Source of the DNA: Spirochaetia bacterium | GTDB lineage: Bacteria > Spirochaetota > Spirochaetia > UBA9216 | Length of the DNA stretch: 64,000 bases | Assembly: GCA_963677925.2 (NCBI GenBank) | Contig: CAXXYH010000003.1 | Location: 320,001 to 384,000, forward strand | Direction of reading: 5' to 3' | Shown here: in pieces, positions 11,199 through 20,436 of the stretch | How positions within the stretch are numbered: the stretch's first letter is position 1 | Layout: each line of letters starts with the position of its first letter | Translations under genes and position numbers: made by a program | Notes under the pieces: generated by a model | What the model saw: the letters and a program-made list of their open reading frames with translations, nothing else | What the model was told of the DNA's origin: nothing | The model's database searches: none

Positions 11199-11345
11199 GA
11201 AGCAAAATTTTACATAATTTTGTAAATTATTATTTAATAACAAATTGTAAAATTTTCTTCACTTACATTAAGGTAACAATTTAAAAACTTTCTTAGTTTT
11301 TAAATTGCCTAGATAAATCAAACTGATTTAAATATTAAATCATCA

Positions 11346-11399
11346 TAAAAAAAACCGCAGACATTGAACTTTAGTCAGTTCGGTCTGCGGTTTTTTTAT
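11346..11399. terminator. Bidirectional intrinsic terminator
   Basis: A-run-ccgcagac...gtctgcgg-T-run just past the stop of the ABC binding-protein gene. Confidence 0.8.
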
Positions 11400-11414
11400 A
11401 AACCTGATTAAGAT

Positions 11415-12605
11415 TTACTGAGCTGTAATTTTATCAACAAGTACTTTCTCTCCGCCTTTGATTTCAAAGAGGAAGAGGGGCTTGTCTGCAGGATATCCGC
11501 CTTTATTGGTCCAGCTGTACTGAAGACCGTCAAAGTTCTGAATATCATTACAGTAGTCTCTGATTAAAGTTCTTTCTTCTGCAAGTTTTGCAGGATCACC
11601 AGTCACACCGGTTTCTTCGATTGCTCTTTTGATCATGTAAACAGCATCGTAGTAGTTGGGTGAAAGACTGAAGGGCTCTATACCGTCATGATCGTCCTTG
11701 AAACTCTGTCTGAAAGTATTCCATCTTGGAGTATCGAGACTTGGATCACTGTAGTTATAAAGCATGATACCATCGATTTTATCGCCGCCTGTTGTGTAAA
11801 GAGCAGCGTCATCAGCACTTGAGAATACAAGTATTTTACTCATATCTTCCCAGCCTCTGTTCTTGAGTTCGATGATAATTTTAGCTACTTTTTCTGCATT
11901 ACATGCAAAAATTATACCGTCAGGATTCTGTGCAAGGGCCTTAACGATAAGCGGACCAAAAGATACTGCATCTGATGGTACATCTACATCTTCAAGAATA
12001 TTTGCGCCAGCGTCCTTAACTCCCTTTACATGAGCTTTTGCCATGCCGGGCCATGCGCCGTAGTTTTCTACAAACTGAACAACGTTTTTAGCACCGGTTT
12101 TCTCTGCCCATGCAGTAATAATCGGTGCAAGCCTTTCTTCTGTAGGAGCAAACCATGAAATTGCCCATGGAAAATACTCAGCGGCATATTCGTAGGAAGT
12201 TGTAGCTGTAAAGCTGTAAAGTCCCTCATCAGCTGCGATTGGTACAGCAGCCATAATTACAGGTTCGGGTACGGGACCCATAACTACAAGAGCACTGTCA
12301 ACAAGCTTTGACATTTCAACAGTTCCCTTTTCAGGGCTCATAGCGGTATCAATACCAACAACCTTTACAGGTTTTCCGGCAATACCGCCGGCAGCATTGA
12401 TTTCTTCTGCTGCGTACTCAGCACCCCACTGCAGGTATTCACCGATACTTGCAATAGGTCCGGTAAGACAGTTAAGGAAAGGGATTTCCCATTCATCGAC
12501 AACGACCCCACCGCTTTCAGAAGCGCCTGCTTCCTGACTTCCGCCTGCATAAACGAAAGACATGGAGAGAAGCAGCAGAACTAAGACTGTTAAAATCTTT
12601 TTCAT
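11415..12605 (-). CDS. ABC transporter substrate-binding protein, Liv/HAAT (PBP1) type
   Basis: Signal peptide (..VYAGGSQE), LTGPIASIG, INAAGGIAGKPV, YDAVY; co-oriented with livGFHM. Confidence 0.9.
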   Translation of the reverse strand: MKKILTVLVLLLLSMSFVYAGGSQEAGASESGGVVVDEWEIPFLNCLTGPIASIGEYLQWGAEYAAEEINAAGGIAGKPVKVVGIDTAMSPEKGTVEMSKLVDSALVVMGPVPEPVIMAAVPIAADEGLYSFTATTSYEYAAEYFPWAISWFAPTEERLAPIITAWAEKTGAKNVVQFVENYGAWPGMAKAHVKGVKDAGANILEDVDVPSDAVSFGPLIVKALAQNPDGIIFACNAEKVAKIIIELKNRGWEDMSKILVFSSADDAALYTTGGDKIDGIMLYNYSDPSLDTPRWNTFRQSFKDDHDGIEPFSLSPNYYDAVYMIKRAIEETGVTGDPAKLAEERTLIRDYCNDIQNFDGLQYSWTNKGGYPADKPLFLFEIKGGEKVLVDKITAQ

Positions 12606-12697
12606 TTTTTCCTCCTAATATTCTAAACGCATACGCGTTTATTACAATTTATAAATATCGGATATTTTCAAATATAAAACAGTTTAAAAATATTCCG

Positions 12698-13576
12698 TTA
12701 TACCTTTTTCGGTTTTTTGAAAACATTGACAATCTTTTCAATCATCTGCCTTGTAATAACACCTTCAGGCTTTATGACAAGAACAACTATGAGAAGTATA
12801 CCATAGATTACAATATTCCAAGATTCAACAATATCCGGAAGTATCAACGGAAATCCCCATAATAGCGGGGCTGCAAGCAGGGCTCCCCACTGAGTGGTGT
12901 ACCCGCCGACAAACAGCATTGTCATACAGACACCGACAATATGGAATGTAAAATGGTTCGGTGAAATACTTCTCATAATGAAAGCATAAAGAACACCGGA
13001 CATTCCGCCGAGTGCGCTCGCCCAGGTCTGAAGAAACATACCCATCTTCTTCACATCAACCCCGAAGGATACAGCAAGCTCTCTGTCGATAAAAATTGCT
13101 GATGCTGCACGGCCAAGTCTTGAATTATCAAAACGATGTATAAGAAAACCTGTAATTATCACCATAGCGTATATGAAAATGATAAGAAATGTTCTGTTAG
13201 CCGCCGAAGTCTGTAGAATCTTGGGTATACTGAAAATACCGAGCGGACCTCCGAATGCTTCAACATTTTCAATAATTGTTTTTGTAAGATAGATAAAAGT
13301 AAAACCTACAATAACAACAGCAAAGCAGGGAGCATCACCTATAGCTATGGAAACAAGGAACCCGATTAATGCACCAAGCAATGTTCCCACTATAAAAACA
13401 ACTATAAAAGGCCAATCAAAATTGATAGCCATTAAGGCTGAAAAATATGCTGATATTGCCATATTAGCAACTGTCATAAAATGAAGCTGTCCTACCCTGT
13501 ACGGGATATAGATGGACCAGCTCATTAGTATATAGATGGCGGTTATTGCCAGAAAATAATATAAAGGTAAAGACAC
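12698..13576 (-). CDS. livM: Branched-chain amino acid-type ABC permease (LivM-like)
   Basis: Multi-TM, SRLGRAA, GGMSGVLYA, LKPEG-like C-terminal motif. Confidence 0.85.
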   Translation of the reverse strand: MSLPLYYFLAITAIYILMSWSIYIPYRVGQLHFMTVANMAISAYFSALMAINFDWPFIVVFIVGTLLGALIGFLVSIAIGDAPCFAVVIVGFTFIYLTKTIIENVEAFGGPLGIFSIPKILQTSAANRTFLIIFIYAMVIITGFLIHRFDNSRLGRAASAIFIDRELAVSFGVDVKKMGMFLQTWASALGGMSGVLYAFIMRSISPNHFTFHIVGVCMTMLFVGGYTTQWGALLAAPLLWGFPLILPDIVESWNIVIYGILLIVVLVIKPEGVITRQMIEKIVNVFKKPKKV

Positions 13577-13594
13577 AGTACTCCTCCTGACTTC

Positions 13595-14485
13595 CTATAG
13601 CTTGCTTCCGAATACGCCTTTCGGTTTAGCCAGAATAACAACAAGCATAATTATAAAAGCGATAGCGTTAGACCAGGAACCGGCTAGGTACCCCTGAATG
13701 ATAGCTTCCAGAACACCCAGAAGCAATCCGATAATCAGTCCGCCCGTCAAATTACCCAGACCGGCAATGATTGAAACAGCAAGAACCTTATGTCCTAAAG
13801 AATCACCAAGACCGGCAGATGCTGAACCAAGCAGAATAGCCATGAGAACTGCAGTCACACCGCCCAGAATACCTGTCAGTGCGTAACTTAAAAATCCGGT
13901 TTTCAACAGCGGAATACCTACCAGTTTTGCTCCGTTCGGATCTTCGGCAATAGCCCTGAATGCGCGTCCGGTTCTGGTCTTATAAAGCAGCCAGAACAGA
14001 AATGCTACAAAAAGAACTCCGACAATCAGGGTAAGAACCTGCCCTCTTGAAATACTGATAAGACCTACACTTATGAGTGCTCCCTTATCATTTCCAGTCA
14101 GTGCATCTGGAAAGGCAATAGGAAAACCCTGGTTAAAAGTGTGGGAAAGTATGTCGGTAATAATCATTCCCATCCCCATTGAAATAACCATTGTTGCATT
14201 TATATCAACACTGCCTCGTTTTTTCATAATATGCTGAAACATCGGTGCAGTAAGTGCGTTAACCGCAATCGCCGAAGCAATGCCTCCCAGAACACCGAGT
14301 GGTATATTATTACCGGTTAACCCCAGCACGACCCAGGATATATACATCGAAAAAACAATTACCACCGGAAAAGAAAAGTGAATAATCATCGCTACAAGCA
14401 GAAGCAGATTAAATCCCGTTACCAGCAGAACATAAATGCTTCCAAGCGAAAGTCCGTTAAATATTTGTGCTATTAATATTTCCAT
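13595..14485 (-). CDS. livH: Branched-chain amino acid-type ABC permease (LivH-like)
   Basis: NGLSLGSIYVL, TRTGRAFRAIAED, AGLGNLTGG, KPKGVFG. Confidence 0.88.
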   Translation of the reverse strand: MEILIAQIFNGLSLGSIYVLLVTGFNLLLLVAMIIHFSFPVVIVFSMYISWVVLGLTGNNIPLGVLGGIASAIAVNALTAPMFQHIMKKRGSVDINATMVISMGMGMIITDILSHTFNQGFPIAFPDALTGNDKGALISVGLISISRGQVLTLIVGVLFVAFLFWLLYKTRTGRAFRAIAEDPNGAKLVGIPLLKTGFLSYALTGILGGVTAVLMAILLGSASAGLGDSLGHKVLAVSIIAGLGNLTGGLIIGLLLGVLEAIIQGYLAGSWSNAIAFIIMLVVILAKPKGVFGSKL

Positions 14486-14488
14486 TCT

Positions 14489-15205
14489 CTATGCTCCAAG
14501 ATATGCTTCTTTAACTGCAGGATCATTCAACAGTTCTTCAGAAGTTCCGCTCTTGATTATATTTCCTGTTTCAAGAACATAACCGCGATGTGCAATTTTA
14601 AGAGCCTTATATACATTCTGTTCAGAAAGGAGGATTGTATACCCTTCTTTGTTCAGATTTACAAGAATCTCAAAAATATCGTTTACAATAATCGGAGCAA
14701 GCCCGATAGACGGTTCATCTACCATAATCATATCAGGTGATGACATCAGAGCTCTTGCTATAGCAAGCATCTGTCTTTCACCGCCGCTTAACGTACCGGC
14801 AACCTGATTTTTTCTGTTGCCTAGAACCGGAAAGGAATCATAGACAAGTTCAAGTTTTTTATCCGACTGAGAAAGGTTGTGGTGAGCGCCGAGAAGAAGG
14901 TTATCCAGAACAGTCATCGATGAAAAAACTCCGCGCCCTTCAGGAACCAGGAACATACCGCTTCTCACATTCTTATCTACAGATGTATTGGTAATATCCT
15001 TGCCTTTATAAGTAATTTTACCGTTCTCAGGAACATTTGCACCAAGGACAGTTTCCATTATAGTTGTTTTACCAGCCCCGTTGGCGCCTACTAAAACAAC
15101 AATCTCACCTTTCTTAAGTTCAAGATCAATATTTTTAAGCGCTTTTACATGTCCGTAATTTACAGAAAGGTTTTCAACACTCAGTATATTTTCATTCTGT
15201 GCCAA
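14489..15205 (-). CDS. livF: ABC ATP-binding protein (LivF-like)
   Basis: GANGAGKTT, LSGGERQMLAIARAL, DEPSIGLAP; probable TTG start at 15205 after GGAGG. Confidence 0.92.
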   Translation of the reverse strand: MAQNENILSVENLSVNYGHVKALKNIDLELKKGEIVVLVGANGAGKTTIMETVLGANVPENGKITYKGKDITNTSVDKNVRSGMFLVPEGRGVFSSMTVLDNLLLGAHHNLSQSDKKLELVYDSFPVLGNRKNQVAGTLSGGERQMLAIARALMSSPDMIMVDEPSIGLAPIIVNDIFEILVNLNKEGYTILLSEQNVYKALKIAHRGYVLETGNIIKSGTSEELLNDPAVKEAYLGA

Positions 15206-15953
15206 GATATGCCTCCAGTACTCTCTGGTCTTTCTGTACCTCAGAAGGTGTTCCCTCAAAAATATTGTCTCCGAAGTTAAGAACAGTGACCGTCTCAGCA
15301 ACATTCATAAGCATTTTCATATCATGACTTACAACTACTACTGTAATTCCCATTTCCTTAATTTTCTGAATAAGCTCACCGACCTGTTCAGTCTCCTTCG
15401 GGCCCATACCGGAGGCGGGTTCATCCATAAGCAGAATTTTAGGCTTGGAAACAAGAGCCCTTGCAATCTGAACAAACTGCCGTTCAGCCCATACAAGATC
15501 AGATGCCCATCTATCAGCAGATCCTGAAAGATTAAGCATTTCAAGAACCTCAAAAGCTGAATCGCGAAGTTCTTTTTCTACTTTCGACTGTCTGAACGGA
15601 ATTCTGAAAAAAGTATCTTTGATATCAGATTTATGATAGTCATAGACACCGCTCATTACATTTTCTATAACTTTAAGTGACGGAACAAGTTTCCCCTGCT
15701 GGAAGGTCCGTCTGATACCTAAATTGGAAATCTCATGCGCAGGTTTACCGGTGATCTCAATGTCATTCAGGTAGATATTACCCGCAGTCACCTCTAAAAG
15801 TCCGGTTATACAGTTAAACATAGTAGTTTTACCGGAACCGTTGGGGCCAATAATGCCATGAATACGTCCGTCCTGAATATCAAAACTTACGTCTTTCAAT
15901 GCCTTTAGACCGCCAAAGTGCTTACTTACACCCTTAATTGACAGCATCAACAT
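15192..15953 (-). CDS. livG: ABC ATP-binding protein (LivG-like)
   Basis: HFGGLKAL, GPNGSGKTT, RRTFQ, DEPASGM, EAYLG. Confidence 0.92.
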   Translation of the reverse strand: MLMLSIKGVSKHFGGLKALKDVSFDIQDGRIHGIIGPNGSGKTTMFNCITGLLEVTAGNIYLNDIEITGKPAHEISNLGIRRTFQQGKLVPSLKVIENVMSGVYDYHKSDIKDTFFRIPFRQSKVEKELRDSAFEVLEMLNLSGSADRWASDLVWAERQFVQIARALVSKPKILLMDEPASGMGPKETEQVGELIQKIKEMGITVVVVSHDMKMLMNVAETVTVLNFGDNIFEGTPSEVQKDQRVLEAYLGTE

Positions 15954-16021
15954 ATCCTTAAATATTTTTCCGAAATGCTTAAGAATTTACCCGAAAAAGC
16001 AGTCCGGTTGTTTGAGTATCA

Positions 16022-16050
16022 ATTTTAAATAGGGTCTGTTAGAAAGTCAA
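16022..16050 (-). promoter_or_regulatory. Sigma70-like promoter of the ABC operon
   Basis: Minus strand TTGACT-N17-TAAAAT. Confidence 0.6.
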
Positions 16051-16162
16051 GGGAAAGTATAGGTTTACTTTTGAAAAACATAATTAATCAGCACTAAACT
16101 ATCGTTTTCGTTAAAAAAGTATCTGTATAATATTTGGATTATGGCGGAAGGCAGATTACAGC

Positions 16163-16633
16163 CTAATGACCCTCACCTTTTATCATTAATAAGGCATGTT
16201 CAAGAATGCCTAGAAGGTAATTTGTACAGGATGTAACAGCCTTAACCGATCCCGGCAGATTGATAATCAGTGTGTTTCCATGGAGCCCTGAATACCCCCG
16301 GCTTAGAACTGCCATCGGTGTTTCCCTGTATGAATGTATTCTTATAGCCTCCGATATACCCGGAACATCCCTGTCGCACCAGGCTGCTGAAACTTCAGGC
16401 GTAATATCTCTCGGGCCAAGACCGGTTCCGCCTGTTGTAATTATCAGATCAAAAGACTCATATTGATTAAGAGCATGAAGAATAGCTTCCATCTCATCAG
16501 CAACAATCGTACCGGAAAGCTCAATCTCCTCCTGAAATTTCTGCCTTAAAATTTCAGTTATGGCAGGACCGGACAAATCTTCGTATTCACCTCTGCTGGC
16601 TCTGTCAGATATTGTAATAACAGCTGCTTTCAA
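16163..16633 (-). CDS. mog: Molybdopterin adenylyltransferase (MogA/MoaB family)
   Basis: ITISDR, DLSGP, TTGGTGLGPRDITPE, INLPGS; TTG start at 16633 after GGAGG. Confidence 0.9.
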   Translation of the reverse strand: MKAAVITISDRASRGEYEDLSGPAITEILRQKFQEEIELSGTIVADEMEAILHALNQYESFDLIITTGGTGLGPRDITPEVSAAWCDRDVPGISEAIRIHSYRETPMAVLSRGYSGLHGNTLIINLPGSVKAVTSCTNYLLGILEHALLMIKGEGH

Positions 16634-17045
16634 CTGTAATCCTCCCGCCTTTAATAACTTTTGCAAATATTCCGCGCCTGGGCATTATACAGTCGCCTAC
16701 CTGCTCTCTGATAGCACATCCGTGATGACATTCTTTTCCGATCTGCGTAACTTCAAGTTCAGTATCACCGATAAAAAGTCTTGTCCCTACAGGAAGGCTG
16801 TATAATTCTATACCTCTGGTTGTTATATTTTCCGCAAAATCACCGAAATTGAGTTCAATACCCTTTCCACGCATAAGATCTATATCTTCATCAGCAAGAA
16901 GGGATATCTGTCTGTGCCAGTTGCCCGCATGGGCATCTCCCTCTATGCCATGTTCAGGTTTAATTTCAAAAAAATCAACCGGTACTTTTTTCTCACCTTT
17001 CTTCTTTGAGATATTCAGTGATAACAGTTCAAATTTATTTTTCAT
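16605..17045 (-). CDS. MOSC-domain protein
   Basis: GIEGDAHAG..HRQISLL, GDFAENIT, TQIGKECH..C, GDCIMPRRGIFAKV. Confidence 0.88.
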   Translation of the reverse strand: MKNKFELLSLNISKKKGEKKVPVDFFEIKPEHGIEGDAHAGNWHRQISLLADEDIDLMRGKGIELNFGDFAENITTRGIELYSLPVGTRLFIGDTELEVTQIGKECHHGCAIREQVGDCIMPRRGIFAKVIKGGRITVESSCYYNI

Positions 17046-17058
17046 ATTTCAGCCTTTT

Positions 17059-17553
17059 CTATTTTCTCTGCCACAGACCGGATTTTCCTCCGGATTTTCT
17101 AATCAATCTTATGGCGGTTATTTCCATACCCCGATCAACTGCCTTGCACATATCGTAGACCGTCAGAGCTGCTGTTGAAACCGCTGTCATTGCTTCCATC
17201 TCTATTCCGGTTTGACCGGAGGTTCTGGCTGTGGCGGTAATGTTTACCTTTCCGTATTTATTTCCGTTTTCACCCTCAGCTTCAATTAATTCAAAATCCA
17301 TATCGACACCGGAAATGAAAATATTATGACACATAGGTATAAGATCAGAAGTTTTTTTTGCACCGGTTATTCCCGCAATCTGCGCAGTTCCCAGGACATC
17401 ACCCTTTTTCAAACTGCCGTCACGGATAAGTCTCAAAGTTTCAACTTTCATATAAACTGAACCTTCCGCTACGGCCTCGCGTGCAGTCATTGCTTTTTCA
17501 GATACATCAACCATTTTAGGACGGCCGTCCTTGTTAAAATGCGTAAATTCCAA
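17059..17553 (-). CDS. moaC: Cyclic pyranopterin monophosphate synthase
   Basis: FTHFN..GRPKMVDVSEK, LIPMCH, TGIEMEAMTA, YDMCKAVD, KSGGKSG. Confidence 0.96.
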   Translation of the reverse strand: MEFTHFNKDGRPKMVDVSEKAMTAREAVAEGSVYMKVETLRLIRDGSLKKGDVLGTAQIAGITGAKKTSDLIPMCHNIFISGVDMDFELIEAEGENGNKYGKVNITATARTSGQTGIEMEAMTAVSTAALTVYDMCKAVDRGMEITAIRLIRKSGGKSGLWQRK

Positions 17554-17554
17554 A

Positions 17555-18517
17555 TCAGCCCCCTACTTCATGCATGCTGTGAATTGTTTTTTCAAAATCA
17601 GTCATTTCAAGATTATGTTCACCGGGTTTCATTCTGATTCCTTCCGCAAAAACTTCAGCCAATGTTTTTCCTTCGTCCAAAGCCTCCCGGATATCCATAC
17701 CTCTGTTTGAATGGAGACATGAAAGCAGCTTTCCCTCTGATGTGATTCGAAGCCTGTTACAATCTCCGCAGAATTTATGACTTATCGGATTTATAAAACC
17801 GAACCTTCCCTTCCCCTCGGGAAGCTGCCAGACCTCAGCAGGACTTCCCTTTTCGGTGATATCAATTTTAACCATACCGGGAACCTTATCGAAAACCGTT
17901 TTATTAGGAAGATATCGGTCTTCAGTCCAGCCTGAAGCCTCGCCTACCGGCATCAGCTCAATAAATCTTATCTCAATATCAAGATATTCTGCAAGCTTTT
18001 TGAACTCCAGAATTTCATCTTCATTAAAATCTTTGATGAGCACCGAATTTATTTTCAGAGGCGTTAACCCGGCTTTTAGCGCAGTGTCTATCCCCTTGAG
18101 AACTGAATCAAGTTTATCAAGGCGGGTTATCCATTTGAATTTCTCACGATTAAGAGAATCAAGACTGATATTTACCCGATCAAGGCCTGCATCTTTAAGC
18201 TTAAAGGCCATATCCGGAAGCAGAATTCCATTAGTTGTCAGGGTCAAAGTTTTCAAACCATCAATTTTACGAATATTCTGAATAAGTTCTATAAGCCCCT
18301 TTCTCACCAGAGGTTCACCGCCTGTAAGTCTGATTTTGTTTATTCCGCAGGAAACTGCAGCTTCTGCTATCTCAGTCAGTTCTTCAATTCTCAGAATCTT
18401 TGAGTGTTCTTTTTTTTCAATCCCGCCAGATGGCATACAGTATCGGCATCTGAGATTACATAAATCAGTTATTGACAGTCGAAGGTAATTGATATTACGG
18501 CTAAAGGTATCTAACAC
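17555..18517 (-). CDS. moaA: GTP 3',8-cyclase (radical SAM)
   Basis: CNLRCRYC, RLTGGEPL, FCGDCNRLR..CL, C-terminal GG. Confidence 0.96.
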   Translation of the reverse strand: MLDTFSRNINYLRLSITDLCNLRCRYCMPSGGIEKKEHSKILRIEELTEIAEAAVSCGINKIRLTGGEPLVRKGLIELIQNIRKIDGLKTLTLTTNGILLPDMAFKLKDAGLDRVNISLDSLNREKFKWITRLDKLDSVLKGIDTALKAGLTPLKINSVLIKDFNEDEILEFKKLAEYLDIEIRFIELMPVGEASGWTEDRYLPNKTVFDKVPGMVKIDITEKGSPAEVWQLPEGKGRFGFINPISHKFCGDCNRLRITSEGKLLSCLHSNRGMDIREALDEGKTLAEVFAEGIRMKPGEHNLEMTDFEKTIHSMHEVGG

Positions 18518-20427
18518 TCTTCTTTCCTTATAATTTTTCCCGGAGCATCAAGAATGTATCCGCCAAGCCTGTTAACCTCAAGTTTAAACTGTTCAGAACA
18601 GAGAACGTTTAAAAAGGTCTGTCCTGCTTCCGAATCCAGAACCTCTGTCCTCAGAATAAAATCGTAGTCTTCCTCACCAATCGGAATAAAATCAAGTCCC
18701 ATGCTGCGGGCTGCGGATTCAACCCCCATGCCGGCATCTGCGGTGCCGGACAGTACAGCCTGTGCGACTGACATATGGGTATTCATTTCGCGGCCATAAC
18801 CTTTTATGGAATCAGCCGGTATATTTCTTTTTCCGCATAAATAATCGAATAGTATTCGCGTACCTGCACCCCGCTGCCTGTTAACAAAACTCAGTCCTCT
18901 TTCTGCCAAATCAGTTATTGAAGTAATCTTTTCCGGATTATGCTCAGCAACGATAAGCCCCTGTACCCTTTTAATACCCTTTACGATAACTACCTCATTA
19001 TCAGCCAGATACTGCTTCAGCAGATGAGTATTGTACACACCGTTTTCAGGATTAAGAACATGAACCGGGGCAATATGACATTCACCTCTTTTTACGGCCA
19101 TAACACCGCCCATTGTGCCGCTATGAGTAGAAGAAAGTCCGCTTGATCCATTTCTTATCATAATCTCGTTTATTATATCCATCAGAAGATCGTGACTGCC
19201 TATGGAAACCAGTCTTTCAGATATTTCCTCCCAGGGTTTAAGCATATAAAGCGGAACTTCCGAACCGGCAGGATAGCCTTCATACTCTCTTGGAACTTCA
19301 ACAATTGCATCGGCATTAACAAGACTCATAGTTATTCCCGCACCTCTGCTGAGCGGTGTCACAATTGTATTTTCTCCGACCTGTCCGCATTTAACCCTTA
19401 CATACTCAAGATGTTTCAATGATGAAACAAGTGGTCTTGTAAGGATACCGCTCCTTTTAAGTTTAGGTTCTGCTTTTACACGGGACATAGCTCTTATTAG
19501 AGGCTGAACAAGTCTGTCGAATACAATCCACGCAGATACAGGATATCCGGGTATGCAGATTAGCGGTTTTTCCGAGGCTTTGCCGAAAATAGCAGGCTTT
19601 CCGGGTTTTATTGCAATCCCGTGAAACAGCAGAGTTCCTATTTCTTCGATTATAGACTTTGAAAAGTCCTCGGAACCAGCCGATGAACCGGCGCCAAGAA
19701 TTACCAGGTCACATTCTTCAAGTGCCTTGATAACTGCTTCTTTCAGAAGCTTATAGTCATCCTTTACAGGAGAATACCTAAGCGGAGTGCCGCCGTATTC
19801 AGAAACCATAGCCGAGAACATCCTTGAATTGGAATCAAGAATTGCACCGGGGATCATCTGATCGGGTGTTTCAATAATTTCTGTACCGGACGGAATAATG
19901 CCTACTACGGGTTTCTTTATTACCTCAATAGCGGTTATCCCTCCGCCTATCATAGCACCTATATCCACGGGCCTTATCCTGTGCATGGATGGAATAATCA
20001 TTTCAGAACAGACAATATCTTCCCCCACCGGCCTGACATGCTGCCAGGGGACTGCGGGAGAAGTAATCACAACAGATTTTTGCTCCGCCTCACTGAGGTC
20101 TTCCATCATAATAACAGCATCCATATCATCAGGAAGAACATCCCCGGTATCAACCCATTTAAAATCAATATCCACAGATAGCTTTACCGGATTACGTGGA
20201 TCAGCTTCATGTGTGGAGGCTGATTTTACACTGATTCCATCCATAGCCGCGGCATTATGATTTGGATTCGAAAGTTTTGCTATTACAGGAGAGGAACTTA
20301 TCCGTCCTAAAGAATCTTCAACTGAAATGATTTCAGTTTTATGATTTTCTTTAAACCTGAACTCTGTGTCTATACAATTTTGTGCATCATCAAAGCTTAA
20401 AGGATTAAGATATATATTTCTTTTCAT
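18511..20427 (-). CDS. moeA: MoeA fused to a C-terminal PBP (oxyanion-binding-like) domain
   Basis: AAMDG, GSSAGSEDF, HGIAIKPGKP, PGYPVS; C-terminal GSHD, FVNRQRGAGTR, EEDYDF. Confidence 0.9.
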   Translation of the reverse strand: MKRNIYLNPLSFDDAQNCIDTEFRFKENHKTEIISVEDSLGRISSSPVIAKLSNPNHNAAAMDGISVKSASTHEADPRNPVKLSVDIDFKWVDTGDVLPDDMDAVIMMEDLSEAEQKSVVITSPAVPWQHVRPVGEDIVCSEMIIPSMHRIRPVDIGAMIGGGITAIEVIKKPVVGIIPSGTEIIETPDQMIPGAILDSNSRMFSAMVSEYGGTPLRYSPVKDDYKLLKEAVIKALEECDLVILGAGSSAGSEDFSKSIIEEIGTLLFHGIAIKPGKPAIFGKASEKPLICIPGYPVSAWIVFDRLVQPLIRAMSRVKAEPKLKRSGILTRPLVSSLKHLEYVRVKCGQVGENTIVTPLSRGAGITMSLVNADAIVEVPREYEGYPAGSEVPLYMLKPWEEISERLVSIGSHDLLMDIINEIMIRNGSSGLSSTHSGTMGGVMAVKRGECHIAPVHVLNPENGVYNTHLLKQYLADNEVVIVKGIKRVQGLIVAEHNPEKITSITDLAERGLSFVNRQRGAGTRILFDYLCGKRNIPADSIKGYGREMNTHMSVAQAVLSGTADAGMGVESAARSMGLDFIPIGEEDYDFILRTEVLDSEAGQTFLNVLCSEQFKLEVNRLGGYILDAPGKIIRKEEC

Positions 20428-20436
20428 AACAGACTC

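Noticed and set aside
11160-11400. CRISPR array
   Set aside because: The hairpins are not direct repeats with spacers; no cas genes in the window
16605-16666. Frameshifted MOSC-Mog fusion
   Set aside because: mog has its own GGAGG plus TTG start; an ordinary gene overlap explains it
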